Of a stretch of 64,000 nucleotides of DNA, positions 21,301 to 30,526 are shown in pieces. Both the position numbers and the translations under genes were made by a program. The notes under the pieces were generated by a model. It did no database searches. It saw only the letters and a program-made list of their open reading frames with translations, and was not told where the DNA came from. The stretch covers positions 62,001 through 126,000 of the forward strand of contig CBFFSA010000011.1 in NCBI GenBank assembly GCA_965644495.1, given 5' to 3'. Numbering within the stretch: position 1 is the first letter of the stretch; every line of letters begins with the position of its first letter. Source of the DNA: Perkinsela sp. CCAP 1560/9. Its lineage: Eukaryota > Protista > Euglenozoa: Kinetoplastea.

Positions 21301-23851
21301 CTCAATAGAATACGCGAAGTCTCTATTGAATTTTTTTCCCAGCGCAGTTGCACAAGCAGGTTGGCTCCTGGCTCTCGGATTACTTGGTCATTTGAGGGAA
21401 ATACAACTGAGCGACATATACTCATTGACTACATCCCACGGTATGCGAGATGCGCTAATAGTCTCCATTTTGCTTGGTGTAGCCATCAGCTCCCCTCGAA
21501 CAGGAAGAACTGATTTAGGCGAATATATCGCTATGCATATTCCCGGGTTAGAACAACGTATTCCCGTAACTGCATCTAATGATGATACAATCTTTCGCAG
21601 ACCCTCAACCCCGTATCAAGAATCACTGGCGCGATCGTGTTTGCCGAACATCGAGTATAGCTCAGCGATTCGCCAAGCAGCATTCGTTTCTCTTGGGGTG
21701 CTTCATATGGGATCTTGTCATGATATCTACTCCGCGACGCTTTTAAAAGAAATGGGTAACACATATGAGTATCAAAGCGGCTCACCGGGATACTCTTTGT
21801 CCGCAGGAATCGGTATTGGATTTCTGTGGCTAGGAAAAGGAAGTTTGTTAACGAATTCCATGAAAAACCCTACGGTGCGAAGACTGTTAGAACTCATACC
21901 TCACTGTGAAGGAATGGGCTTCTATGACGAGCAACAGGTGTTTGAACGAGTTATTGGGGAAAACAATGAACTCAACTATTTCGCTGCAGTTGCCAGGCTT
22001 TCGGATCTGAAGTCTAGGATCACTGCAAGGGCTTCGCTTAAAACTCTGAACGAAACGCGTACGGAGCGAAAACGAATGGCCATTGGCGCTTGTATGGGAC
22101 TATGCGGTATGTTTATACATTCGAACGACTCAGAACCATGTAGCGCACTTTTCTCAGCGCTTGATTCCCCGCTTTGTGAATACCTTACACCGGAACAAGC
22201 CCTTGTGTTCTCTCTATGCAGCCATCTCATACGCTGGGACGAAATCGGAGATGATCCGACGTGGTGCCGTTCACAAATATCGCCCGTGTTTCAAGGGGTA
22301 TATTCTGAAAGCACCTATCGAGCAACACAGCTTCACACGCGTCCAGGTGGGGTGCAGCATTTGCAAAGGATTGAGACACATAAGCTCGCAGGAACATATC
22401 TTGCGCTGGCCTTTCGTCATGTGGGTAATAAGCGTTCCGACCTTCGAGATTTCCTTATCACTGAATTGATTTCGCTCTATGGGCACGCTGGAAACCGTGA
22501 GCGAGACGGCACTCATCCGTCTCTTGCTGAATTAGTTCTGAACTCACCTTTGGGTGCGATGTCCACTCCTTCTCTCCTCTCTCTAGTTCCTTGTATGGCA
22601 GCTGCAGTTCTTTCCCTGGGTCTTATTATGGTTGGAACTGCAGACAAATCGACTATACAATCGTTTGAGAAAGTTGAGGCGGTTGCAGATAGCACATCCT
22701 GCTTCGGACTACATTATGCCCTTTCCCTTGCAAAAGGATTTTTAGGACTTGGAAAAGGACTGCTCACGTTTGAACACAATGCTGAGACTGTCTTTGCACT
22801 TCTCTGTTCCGTGCTACCAATACTTCCCGTAGGACCGTGGGATGAAGCCTCTTTTCTTCCGGCTCTCCGTCACCTTTGTGCATCTTATGCAACGAGTCGC
22901 GTCCTACATACCTTCGATTCGGGTACTAAGAAATCCGTATCATGTCGAGTGCAAATCATGATGAACCGGAAAAGTAAACAAATGCGATCCTCAGTAGAAA
23001 ATATTCAAGACTTTTCTCACGAGCCTGAATCATTTAACATTACATGCAAATCACCTTGCACAATACCAACTGTAGAGGATATTGCTATTGTTCGTATTGA
23101 ATTTCGTGAGAATGAAAAATATTTACCCATTGAACTCAATGGGTTCGATTTGAGCACGTATGCATCAAGAACTGGAAAGAAACTAGCTTATAATATCCCG
23201 CTTGTTCAAAGACCGATTCTCGCGCACACTGAAATATCGTTGCTAGATAGCCTTCCACCCACCAGCAGCTCGACACGGAAAGATAGTGTCAGGTTGGTGG
23301 ATCTTTCTATGAATGATGTTACGGACGAGATTATAAATGAGTATGGTAATGTGCTCCACGATTCGCCAGGCAATGAAATAAGAATTCTAGAAAGCATATG
23401 TGAAAGAAGACGAAGCGAAACTCACCTTAAGAATTCTCAGACAGTTACGGAAACAGCTCCGAAAAAGAATGATTGGGAAGAACTACAAGATCAGTTGCAT
23501 ACGAGGTTTATTTTACCAGTCCAGCTTCTGAATAGGGATGCCAATGTGAATTCCTTGCAAACTGATTCAGAGAATGCAAGTAGCACTTTTTCTACATTGC
23601 CACGTAATAGTGAGACATGGGGATGGCACAGGCAGTTACTTCGGTGGTTTACCTCTAGAGGTTCCGATTCTTCTTCCGTTGGATGTTCCAACAAGAAATC
23701 GTTATCTACCTATGAAGACCTAGATGTTGGCGTATGCACAGTCTTGTCTAGATTCCGGAACAGCAATTGGGGCACCGAATCTACATCGAAATCTCTTTTA
23801 AATCTCGCAGTTAAATGTCAAAACAGGATAGCAACTTTCGATACAAGATGA
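18353..23851 (+). CDS. APC1: Anaphase-promoting complex subunit 1
   Basis: WAIFHNACSHGL, AGWLLALGLLGHL, PC-repeat region, ALRHL..YATSRVL; start uncertain (first in-frame ATG 18380). Confidence 0.85.
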   Translation: MDCPNNCYFMLLKYSDQNGQQLYRDGEGPEANLIWCDNKMLRLNLHIPHLGEAGIVTSDSQDKQSISSSASTIFCTHKCSFITLGEAERHELTIYDTATEDIQVLPLDNFQPHQLIPLSHYRGVVLIGSTAVTRSDLKRSEHSIAYFVNLEGSLHPMQLYPLELLSFISEELYSCTPKKSFPACQFEPASILKVLDITNVDACALPASVLTRKDDTKEIGCYLAVICVLDIDSTPTKNNEHSLQHYRLLLIAFELSPCGSKLRCFPLSYFDQWNSSGCSLSDVSAALQILHTEDDFMACIAVKHPGKAFPLVDDPSGDAHSWWISLYNYDLQKKNILNLQKCQWNLVRTFPVAYLSPGFVINSPSEWPDISLSPMRCPSDAYLWSKVELLKCPETRMFIFLLEMTEQMSTRSTYGYYYFRPRDGTIIPENDVLTFTVERTLDLLHQNRHDSGLLRSLEPYDTQTGACLKNFHQVYLEHARISCSFLREFLYLVQESVCDTTAMYIRSWIICNKNKPNANQTEFAAADHDYEDIKNEWLYLKEYIIRFVGTQNYESVSAERALSATEDKSRFLSSAIGNHILASLHLLRESVLLQEKYRNAYLMVPSLIALAKVIGACSYERYYQSFNDANGRLLEESVYDLEAKTGKEDFHSLVILIKQSHFKIAPSHLYNVVYRICQYFDEQCVLDIETLIKSSLRKIVSCAGRPPSRAFECHIPNSLFEKYNNIMYLFSIISFLQSTEEKYTNLTEAIGVRHSWWNNWESIRNDEQKHFSIQDVNYTYRKGEKNPAVFRILNVAAQQLCELNSSVGTSLRIEFRKKILQNRATGTTSQFYVFIDKIEMINESLEEGNRTLALQLNASHTLKIDNYEQGNDVQPILRRRMLKILTLPLARGLLGLASQTTNSINRTSVKKLPLIALEGVAEKLTFEIQWSQVEDMYRDTTSTEITLHGSVRSTFMFWAIFHNACSHGLALMPNARADPSKIYSIEYAKSLLNFFPSAVAQAGWLLALGLLGHLREIQLSDIYSLTTSHGMRDALIVSILLGVAISSPRTGRTDLGEYIAMHIPGLEQRIPVTASNDDTIFRRPSTPYQESLARSCLPNIEYSSAIRQAAFVSLGVLHMGSCHDIYSATLLKEMGNTYEYQSGSPGYSLSAGIGIGFLWLGKGSLLTNSMKNPTVRRLLELIPHCEGMGFYDEQQVFERVIGENNELNYFAAVARLSDLKSRITARASLKTLNETRTERKRMAIGACMGLCGMFIHSNDSEPCSALFSALDSPLCEYLTPEQALVFSLCSHLIRWDEIGDDPTWCRSQISPVFQGVYSESTYRATQLHTRPGGVQHLQRIETHKLAGTYLALAFRHVGNKRSDLRDFLITELISLYGHAGNRERDGTHPSLAELVLNSPLGAMSTPSLLSLVPCMAAAVLSLGLIMVGTADKSTIQSFEKVEAVADSTSCFGLHYALSLAKGFLGLGKGLLTFEHNAETVFALLCSVLPILPVGPWDEASFLPALRHLCASYATSRVLHTFDSGTKKSVSCRVQIMMNRKSKQMRSSVENIQDFSHEPESFNITCKSPCTIPTVEDIAIVRIEFRENEKYLPIELNGFDLSTYASRTGKKLAYNIPLVQRPILAHTEISLLDSLPPTSSSTRKDSVRLVDLSMNDVTDEIINEYGNVLHDSPGNEIRILESICERRRSETHLKNSQTVTETAPKKNDWEELQDQLHTRFILPVQLLNRDANVNSLQTDSENASSTFSTLPRNSETWGWHRQLLRWFTSRGSDSSSVGCSNKKSLSTYEDLDVGVCTVLSRFRNSNWGTESTSKSLLNLAVKCQNRIATFDTR

Positions 23852-24154
23852 ATTCCACTGTTAAAGTAATTGTATGGACTGTGTAGAATGCAAAATCCGA
23901 TTGATCGAACAAATGAGTTCAAGGTCTGACTACACCTCTCCAATTACACTATTTGAACGCGCTTGGTCTGAATTTATGAGTTGCAGACGGAGAGGGAATT
24001 CTAGCTCCCGCTTAAGCACACTTTTCTACACAAAAAAAACTCTTTTAAACAAAGAAGACTACAAGTTTCTTGAAGTAGGGTGTTGTACGATGATGTTGCA
24101 TTCTTTACTTTTATACACAGAAAAAAACGGAATAGCTTGTTATACAACATTGCT

Positions 24155-25039
24155 ATGAAATGGAGAATGTCGCGTGCGGTGGTCCGGTATGTTTCTCTTA
24201 GTCAGGCACATTGTACACGGCAATGCACCTTCTTAGTTCGTTCTTATTCGACCCTTAATGATGCAAAAGATCAAAACACGACAACTGTCAACTGTGCTGC
24301 TGGACATCCGAACAAGAACAAACACAGCCATGCGCTCGATTCGATGATTCGAGTAGATCTAGCCGGGGAAACGGCAGCTGTTCGTATCTGCAATGCCCAT
24401 CTCTATTTTTATCCCCACAACTCCGTGCTGCAAGAAATTCTACACGAGGAACAGCGTCACTTGGCCTTGATGAACGAGTGGGCACATAGAATACGCGCAC
24501 GCCCAACTCTTCTAGATCCCATCTTTAAATTCGCCAGTGTGGGACTTGGGGTCGTAACCGCATTGTTGGGCCCCTCTTCGGTGATGTGTTGTCACGCTGC
24601 CATTGAGGATGTGATCGCAGCTCATTACAATGATCAGCTGCGACAGTTGTGTTCTTTTTCTGAGGAGTCCACGGATGATGAAAAAGCTACGGAGGGCAGT
24701 AAATTGTCCGAAGCCCATGAACAGGTAAGCACGAATGGGGGTGGACATTCAAATAAAATCTCTGGTTCATCTGGATTATTTTCTTTCTGGCCTTTCAGTG
24801 AAAAAGAACCACATGAACCAGAAAGATCTGCTTCTCCCCGTAACTTACCAAATCTCGGTAACAAGGAAAGCCATGTTGAGGAGCTGCGAAAAGTTGTCCG
24901 AAGACTTCGAGACGAGGAGATGCATCACCACGAACTTGGCATTACGCACGGAGGCCGGGATTTCATAGGATCTTCAGTGTTGTACGAGTCTGTCCGTATT
25001 CTCTGTAAGACTGGAATATGGTTGGCAAAGAGATTTTAA
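24155..25039 (+). CDS. COQ7: Demethoxyubiquinone hydroxylase
   Basis: IRVDLAGE, EEQRH, RPTLL.P, IE.VI..HYNDQLR, RDEEMHH di-iron motifs; N-terminal targeting-like peptide. Confidence 0.92.
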   Translation: MKWRMSRAVVRYVSLSQAHCTRQCTFLVRSYSTLNDAKDQNTTTVNCAAGHPNKNKHSHALDSMIRVDLAGETAAVRICNAHLYFYPHNSVLQEILHEEQRHLALMNEWAHRIRARPTLLDPIFKFASVGLGVVTALLGPSSVMCCHAAIEDVIAAHYNDQLRQLCSFSEESTDDEKATEGSKLSEAHEQVSTNGGGHSNKISGSSGLFSFWPFSEKEPHEPERSASPRNLPNLGNKESHVEELRKVVRRLRDEEMHHHELGITHGGRDFIGSSVLYESVRILCKTGIWLAKRF

Positions 25040-25207
25040 CTTTTTACTGAGACCAGAGATCCTCATAAAAGTTAGCCTAAGGTTCTTGTAGGTTGGCTCT
25101 CTAGTTTTTGGTTCACTCCTGTTTTTGGGTACCTTCTTTCATCCATCTGGGATCTAGAATGTACCCCGGTGGTATTTTAGGTTTCCTCGGAAGTATTTTA
25201 TTATTTT

Positions 25208-25266
25208 CCAACTTTTAATGTGGTCGTTTTACCAACTTTTAATGTGGTCCAACTTTTAATGTGGTC
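25208..25266. repeat. Three copies of CCAACTTTTAATGTGGTC
   Basis: Direct repeats at the boundary between the gene cluster and the repeat-rich region. Confidence 0.9.
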
Positions 25267-25635
25267 AGTGCAAAAGGGTGAGTGTGAAGGCCGTAAAAAG
25301 TAAGGATGCGCCTACGAAAGCTTGAAAAATAACAAAAATGGTGTTCAAACACGACACGATTTTTTTCATACTACATGAAAAAAAACGAAAGATTGAAATC
25401 TAATAAATACAAATCTTGAAAATTTGAATTCTTTACCGCATCCCCTTTCCACTTTATTGCGAAGTGTGTCACGGAGACATTCAAAGCTCTCTTTTGCACT
25501 ATAATAATTCGAAACCGGCTGACTTGCGATATTATGAGATGTGAAGGTGTTAGTGATGTCAAGGTATGTGTGTGTGCGCGCGTGTGCGTGCGCATGTGTG
25601 AAAGGCATTACGTTTATCCGAACAAAAAAATGTAT

Positions 25636-25665
25636 TACAGTTTCTGTAAAATACACTTTCTGTAC
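25636..25665 (+). other. Tandem degenerate spliced-leader core relics
   Basis: TACAGTTTCTGTA followed by ATACACTTTCTGTAC; euglenozoan SL core is ACAGTTTCTGTAC. Confidence 0.55.
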
Positions 25666-25749
25666 CCCGCTGTTAATCCTTTCTTTCCCCGGCAACGGGC
25701 GTACTCTTACTGTATTTTTATGCCCGTACTAAGGTCAGAACTGTCCTCT

Positions 25750-26421
25750 TGTCGCTGAAGCAGGGGACGCGCCTTCATCCCTTTACTCCTACCCGAATCA
25801 CTCCCCTGGAGTGAGTGTGTTTCCCTCTCTCGGCCTTCTTCGACTTGTTTTTCCCTCTCCGAGAGGGCGTGCGTCACGGTGGCCTCCCTTGAGGATCACT
25901 AGACGTGTCCTCCGCCGACGAAACTTTCGGCTCTCTGCACCTGGCGGTCGCCCAGCTCTCTGCACCCCGGCTCTGTCGCAGCTCTCTGCACCCGGATTGC
26001 CCCCGAAGCTGTAATGTGGGGATTCCGCATCGGGATCTCCGCACCTGGGACCCCAGCTCTCCGCTGGGGTCACACCTCCGACGAGGACGAACCCTCACAT
26101 GATCCACCCGTCGTATGCGGGTAAGGACATAGTGAGCAAATCTCTGCGCTATAAGTGAATGACCAAACAAAACGCGGCTGCTCCGAATTGTGAGACACTC
26201 ATAAGAGCTCCTCTCACAGTGAGAGGACGGTCAACGCGCTTTGATTCGTATTATTCGATGCTGTACGAGGATCGTACTGGCTGTCGTGGAAGCAGGGGAC
26301 GCTCTTCTACTTCATCACACCCCTCCCCGGCTCACTCTCCTGGAGTGAGCCGTCTTCCCTCCCCTGCTTTGTCCTGGAGCCCTTTCCCCCGGGGAGCCAT
26401 GCGTCATGGTGGCCTCCCTTG
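25750..26421 (+). repeat. Pair of diverged ~140-bp direct repeats (25750-25891 and 26282-26421) with conserved hairpins
   Basis: Shared blocks GAAGCAGGGGACGC, TCACTC.CCTGGAGTGAG, GCGTCA.GGTGGCCTCCCTTG. Confidence 0.85.
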
Positions 26422-27059
26422 GGTACCCCCTTGGCTCTGTCTCATGTTATGTCGAGGCAGCGGTCGGTTGCAGTGCGCCCCACCGGCTACGCAAAGAGAG
26501 GCGAGTTGCCTCTCTACACCTCTATCGACAGAGTTCGTCGAAGTTAGTAGTGTATGTAGAATTCTATGTGTTCTATGCGTAGAATACTTTTTATGTCAGT
26601 GATTAAAATTGTAAGAATGTTGAAAATTGAAGGCGCGCGGGGCCCAAGCGGGTAGTAAGAGCAACGGAATGGAACTCACGTAGAACTCGTGTAATGTTGA
26701 GTTCGTTGGGAAGAATACTTAACACCGATGATTGACATACATGAGTCGCGTTTAGCAACCAAGGCAGGAACCCACAGATAAGCTTTTGCCGCCGTGCACA
26801 CGACTGTAGATTTATAGTTCCCGACTGTCTCCCACCGCTTGAGCCCTGTGGCGTGACTAGTAGGGTTCCATTCGTAGTCACTGCGATTTAAGTAGGAGTA
26901 CCATACATTGCCGCTGCGAAAAAAAGTCCCCATTATTATACGTTGTGCCCTTTCTATTTATCTGTTAAAAATGAAAGCCGAGACGTCGCTATACGATAAG
27001 TATGAAATGGTAGAGTTCTAGCACTGTATGCTTATACAGGTGCTTATGGATTGCTAGTA

Positions 27060-27242
27060 CTGCCCCCCCTTCCTTTAAGCGCACCCAGTCAGACTCCCCC
27101 GTTTAAGCGCACATATGTAGAGTCGAGATGCAGACTCCGGCGCCGCGAAGCGGCGGCAATTTCTTTTTAAGTACCGATTCAGACCCCCCGTTTAAACGCA
27201 CTTTTCACGAAAAACGAGGTGCGCTTAAACAGGGGGGGATAG
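27060..27242. mobile_element. MITE, Tc1/mariner/pogo-type ends
   Basis: Imperfect TIRs CT..CCCCC..TTTAAGCGCACC, TA on both flanks, internal repeats of CCCCCGTTTAA(G/A)CGCAC. Confidence 0.75.
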
Positions 27243-27729
27243 TATAATTTTTTTAGTGGAGACTACTTTTTAAAGGTTTTGGCAGCGACTTGTTGCGAGT
27301 GATCTTTAACCCTATAAAGTCATTCGGGTGTGAAATACAAACGTATGTAAAACGTGTGGCATACAAACAATGGAAAACAACGTTTAGTTTCTCCATGATG
27401 ATCAACAATTATACATTAGAATAGCCATGATACCAAAATTTCGGATTCTTAGCCTCTGAATTTTCCTTGCAGTGCCTCGGAAACACGGGTGGGTACGTAA
27501 GTAGTTACAGTGTGGCACTAAAAAAAGTTACTTGATTATGAATTTGCGTCCCTCGTGACGTTGTACGATTTTCTATTTTTTCGACAATTTTTGATTTAAA
27601 AAGGCACTGGGGCATAAGAACTTTACATTACTCCCGTTTCTAGCTACTTATGGGTAAACCCTCAATTTGGGCCGCAAGTTTTCCTCCTATTCATGATTCA
27701 TAAATTACATTACACTTTAATTGATCAAA

Positions 27730-28566
27730 ATGACAAGGGTAACGACCCGTGGCGATCCATCTCCCAACACGAGAAATGAAATTATGGCTATTTTGGTACG
27801 CTATCTGCATCGTTGTGGCATAAAGCAAAATGTTCTTCAAGCGATTTGGGATCACAAACATTCAAGAGCCCAGTCCCGCGTTTATCGCCACTTTGTAGAT
27901 CAACTGAACGTTCTAATGTCTGTTGAACCTACCTGTTGTATCTCCGAGGATCGTGGCCGTTCCTCCTCACCTCTTGCCGCTCCATTATCCGAGTCTTATA
28001 CGATACATTCAGAAAGTTCCTGCGTTCGTGCGCGTAGTCATGGTTCACTTTCGGAGCTTTCTTGCTCAGAGTCTTCCTTTCTGGCCGAACCAACGTCATT
28101 TCGCCATGTTCATCATCGGTGTGGGCAAGTTCGAGATGCAATCGACAGTAATCTGGATCGTGTTACTCCACTGGATATTGAGGGCAACAAAGTAAAAGTG
28201 CCCCTGGAAGCAAGGCGCCTTGTGTGGAAGCCTAATCGAAAACCTCTTGATAAGAAACACACATATGACCGGAGTCCTCATAAAAGGGACTACCAAAGCA
28301 ATGGCGTTTCCATAAATTCGAATCGTAAGGGTAGAACAGCAAACAACAAGATGTCCCGCGAAGCTAAGGAACTTCATACGTCGTTAAAGTCTCGAAACAT
28401 TAAAAACAAAGAACTTCAAATTCCAAAGCGACAGCAGTCTCACAGTATACAAAGCGGAGCACTTAAACCGGAGTCTCTGAAAAGTGATTTGCAGAGTACA
28501 ATTTCTGCAGATCACTTTGAATATGAACGGAATGGGCGTCATCGTCGAGGGGATGTGGATGCATAG
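27730..28566 (+). CDS. Hypothetical protein
   Basis: ~280-aa ORF on the coding strand; no recognised domain. Confidence 0.6.
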   Translation: MTRVTTRGDPSPNTRNEIMAILVRYLHRCGIKQNVLQAIWDHKHSRAQSRVYRHFVDQLNVLMSVEPTCCISEDRGRSSSPLAAPLSESYTIHSESSCVRARSHGSLSELSCSESSFLAEPTSFRHVHHRCGQVRDAIDSNLDRVTPLDIEGNKVKVPLEARRLVWKPNRKPLDKKHTYDRSPHKRDYQSNGVSINSNRKGRTANNKMSREAKELHTSLKSRNIKNKELQIPKRQQSHSIQSGALKPESLKSDLQSTISADHFEYERNGRHRRGDVDA

Positions 28567-28795
28567 CTTAGAAACTTTTGTCCTTGAAACAAAGCATCGA
28601 TTTACGGATGGTCTTCGTTAAAATGGTTTGCGCCTTTCGGCGTTTTATTTTTATCGCTTTGCATCACTTTGAGCATCTTCATACAGATTCTGCACATACA
28701 TGTATATTTAAATACGGTGATATAAATTATAATTAAGCGTTCTATTTTCTTTCTATTGGAATTTCAGTTTTTGCCTCCAGTGTAATTCGCACGAA

Positions 28796-29530
28796 ATGTC
28801 TTCGAATCTGCGCGATCGACTGCTGCGCATTGTTCCCACGGGAGCTGTAGGCGTACCAGATGGTAAAGATATCCTTGATTCTTCCCTTCCGGAAGAAACC
28901 ATAAGCAATATCTCAGACAGATGGATGGACAACGAAGAGTACAACAAAAATGGGCCTCAGGATGAATCCAGCTATTCTAATAGAATGGTTTTCAAAGAAT
29001 GCTTTTCTCCCGATGAAGAAAGCGATCGATTCGCGTTACCTGATCAAGAAATTTCTCAGATACGAGGCACACGTAAACAAAATGTGGAAAACTCGTCAGA
29101 TGCATGTGGTGATGTATCGATTCCTCCACAACAAAATCTTCAATATATTCCTGCATTCAAAAGAGCACGTGTTCGGGACGCGCGCTCCGCCGTAGTCCTG
29201 ACCAGTAAATCGCAACCCGAAATATTCGCTGAGAATCCGAGCCTCGATGGGAGGAAAGTCGAGGCACCTGGGAAGGCCAAACATGGGCATTTCTCTGAGG
29301 GTGATCGCAAAAAGCATGCGGACAGACAAGCTCGTCGTTTGGCACACTACAATGCATGTAGGGATTATGCAACCGAGCACGAAGCTGAATACCGACGTAG
29401 AGAAGCTCTCACGACTCGACAACGTCTTAAAGAGGACAGATCTCGCAAACTTGACTTGATACCGAATAGAGATGAACCGTGCCCCCCACTCTCGAAATAC
29501 ATGTTTGAATATGTATCGAAATATGTTTGA
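28796..29530 (+). CDS. Hypothetical protein with basic C-terminus
   Basis: 244-aa ATG ORF on the coding strand. Confidence 0.65.
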   Translation: MSSNLRDRLLRIVPTGAVGVPDGKDILDSSLPEETISNISDRWMDNEEYNKNGPQDESSYSNRMVFKECFSPDEESDRFALPDQEISQIRGTRKQNVENSSDACGDVSIPPQQNLQYIPAFKRARVRDARSAVVLTSKSQPEIFAENPSLDGRKVEAPGKAKHGHFSEGDRKKHADRQARRLAHYNACRDYATEHEAEYRRREALTTRQRLKEDRSRKLDLIPNRDEPCPPLSKYMFEYVSKYV

Positions 29531-29716
29531 ATCTGTTTCTATATTGTTTGTATTCGGCAGTGAATTGATAGATAGAGCGCGAATTCAATCCTTAGTAGGC
29601 TCATGGTTTCCAAAATATTCTGAAATATCAAGCGTGTATAAACATCCACCATAGAACCCCTCTATTGCCCATGTTGCACAATGTGTAAGTTTCCTATCCT
29701 TGGGTTTCCCATCCTT

Positions 29717-29790
29717 GGCGGTGTGGGCGTAGTTGGTAGACGGTGGGCCTTACAACCTGCAGGTTGTTGGTTCGATTCCCGCTATCGACA
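29717..29790 (+). pseudogene. tRNA-like sequence (pseudo-tRNA or SINE head) with Pol III A and B boxes
   Basis: Acceptor GGCGGTG/TATCGAC (6 of 7 pairs), A box TGGGCGTAGTTGG, B box GGTTCGATTCC, T arm 4 of 5 pairs; anticodon arm irregular (8-nt loop CCTTACAA). Confidence 0.75.
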
Positions 29791-30526
29791 AAACTCGCAA
29801 CCTGGCGGCCTCACTACAAAGGGAAAGCGATCAGGAGTGCCTTCAAGGCCCACACCCAACCCCGCTCCCCTGGAGGACCGACCCGGAACCGCCGAGCTGA
29901 ACCAGGCTCCAGCGCAGCCGCTAAATTGCGAGCTGCTTACAGCCTTTGAGACACAGCCTACACGATGCAACGGGGTGGACGCCCGTCCTGGTAGCTACGG
30001 TTGGGTAGCCGTGCTCGGGCCGCAAGGCGTCGAGTGCCGTCTGGGAAGGGGGTAGCAAGACAATGAAAGTCGGTGACCTGAGACTCTACCCTAACGGTTG
30101 GCACTGCAGAGCCCTCCGTGTCTTCTTCTTATCCTTGGGTAGGAAACTACCCAAGGATTTCATTTCAAATACCCAATATTTCACGCACCAGCATACCAGA
30201 CTGAGGTTTGTTTTGGTTTGGTTGGAAAGAGGTCAAAAAAAAGGCTGGGGAAACCTTGACCTCCTCCGGCGGGCATTACCGCCAGCAGGGCACCTGCAGT
30301 GAGCCTCACGGTAAGGACTCATAGTTCCGTACCATTGGTTTTTCACTCGGTAATCCCGACTGCGTTGTCCCCGATATGTATTATTATATTATACTAGTAT
30401 GTATCCGGCTCCGACTGTATCGGGAAACATGATAGCATAAAATTGGTTTCATGTAAAATTAAACAAGGAATCAAAACAATGGGCCGAGAGACATGAATGC
30501 GTTAATATTTCTCTGGTGTTCCACTG

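Noticed and set aside
29717-29790. Functional tRNA-Val(TAC)
   Set aside because: Extra base before the D arm, 8-nt anticodon loop, stem mismatches and no terminator
29801-29920. 5S rRNA-like (CCTGGCGGCC start)
   Set aside because: Similarity limited to about 10 nt; 5S helices not recoverable
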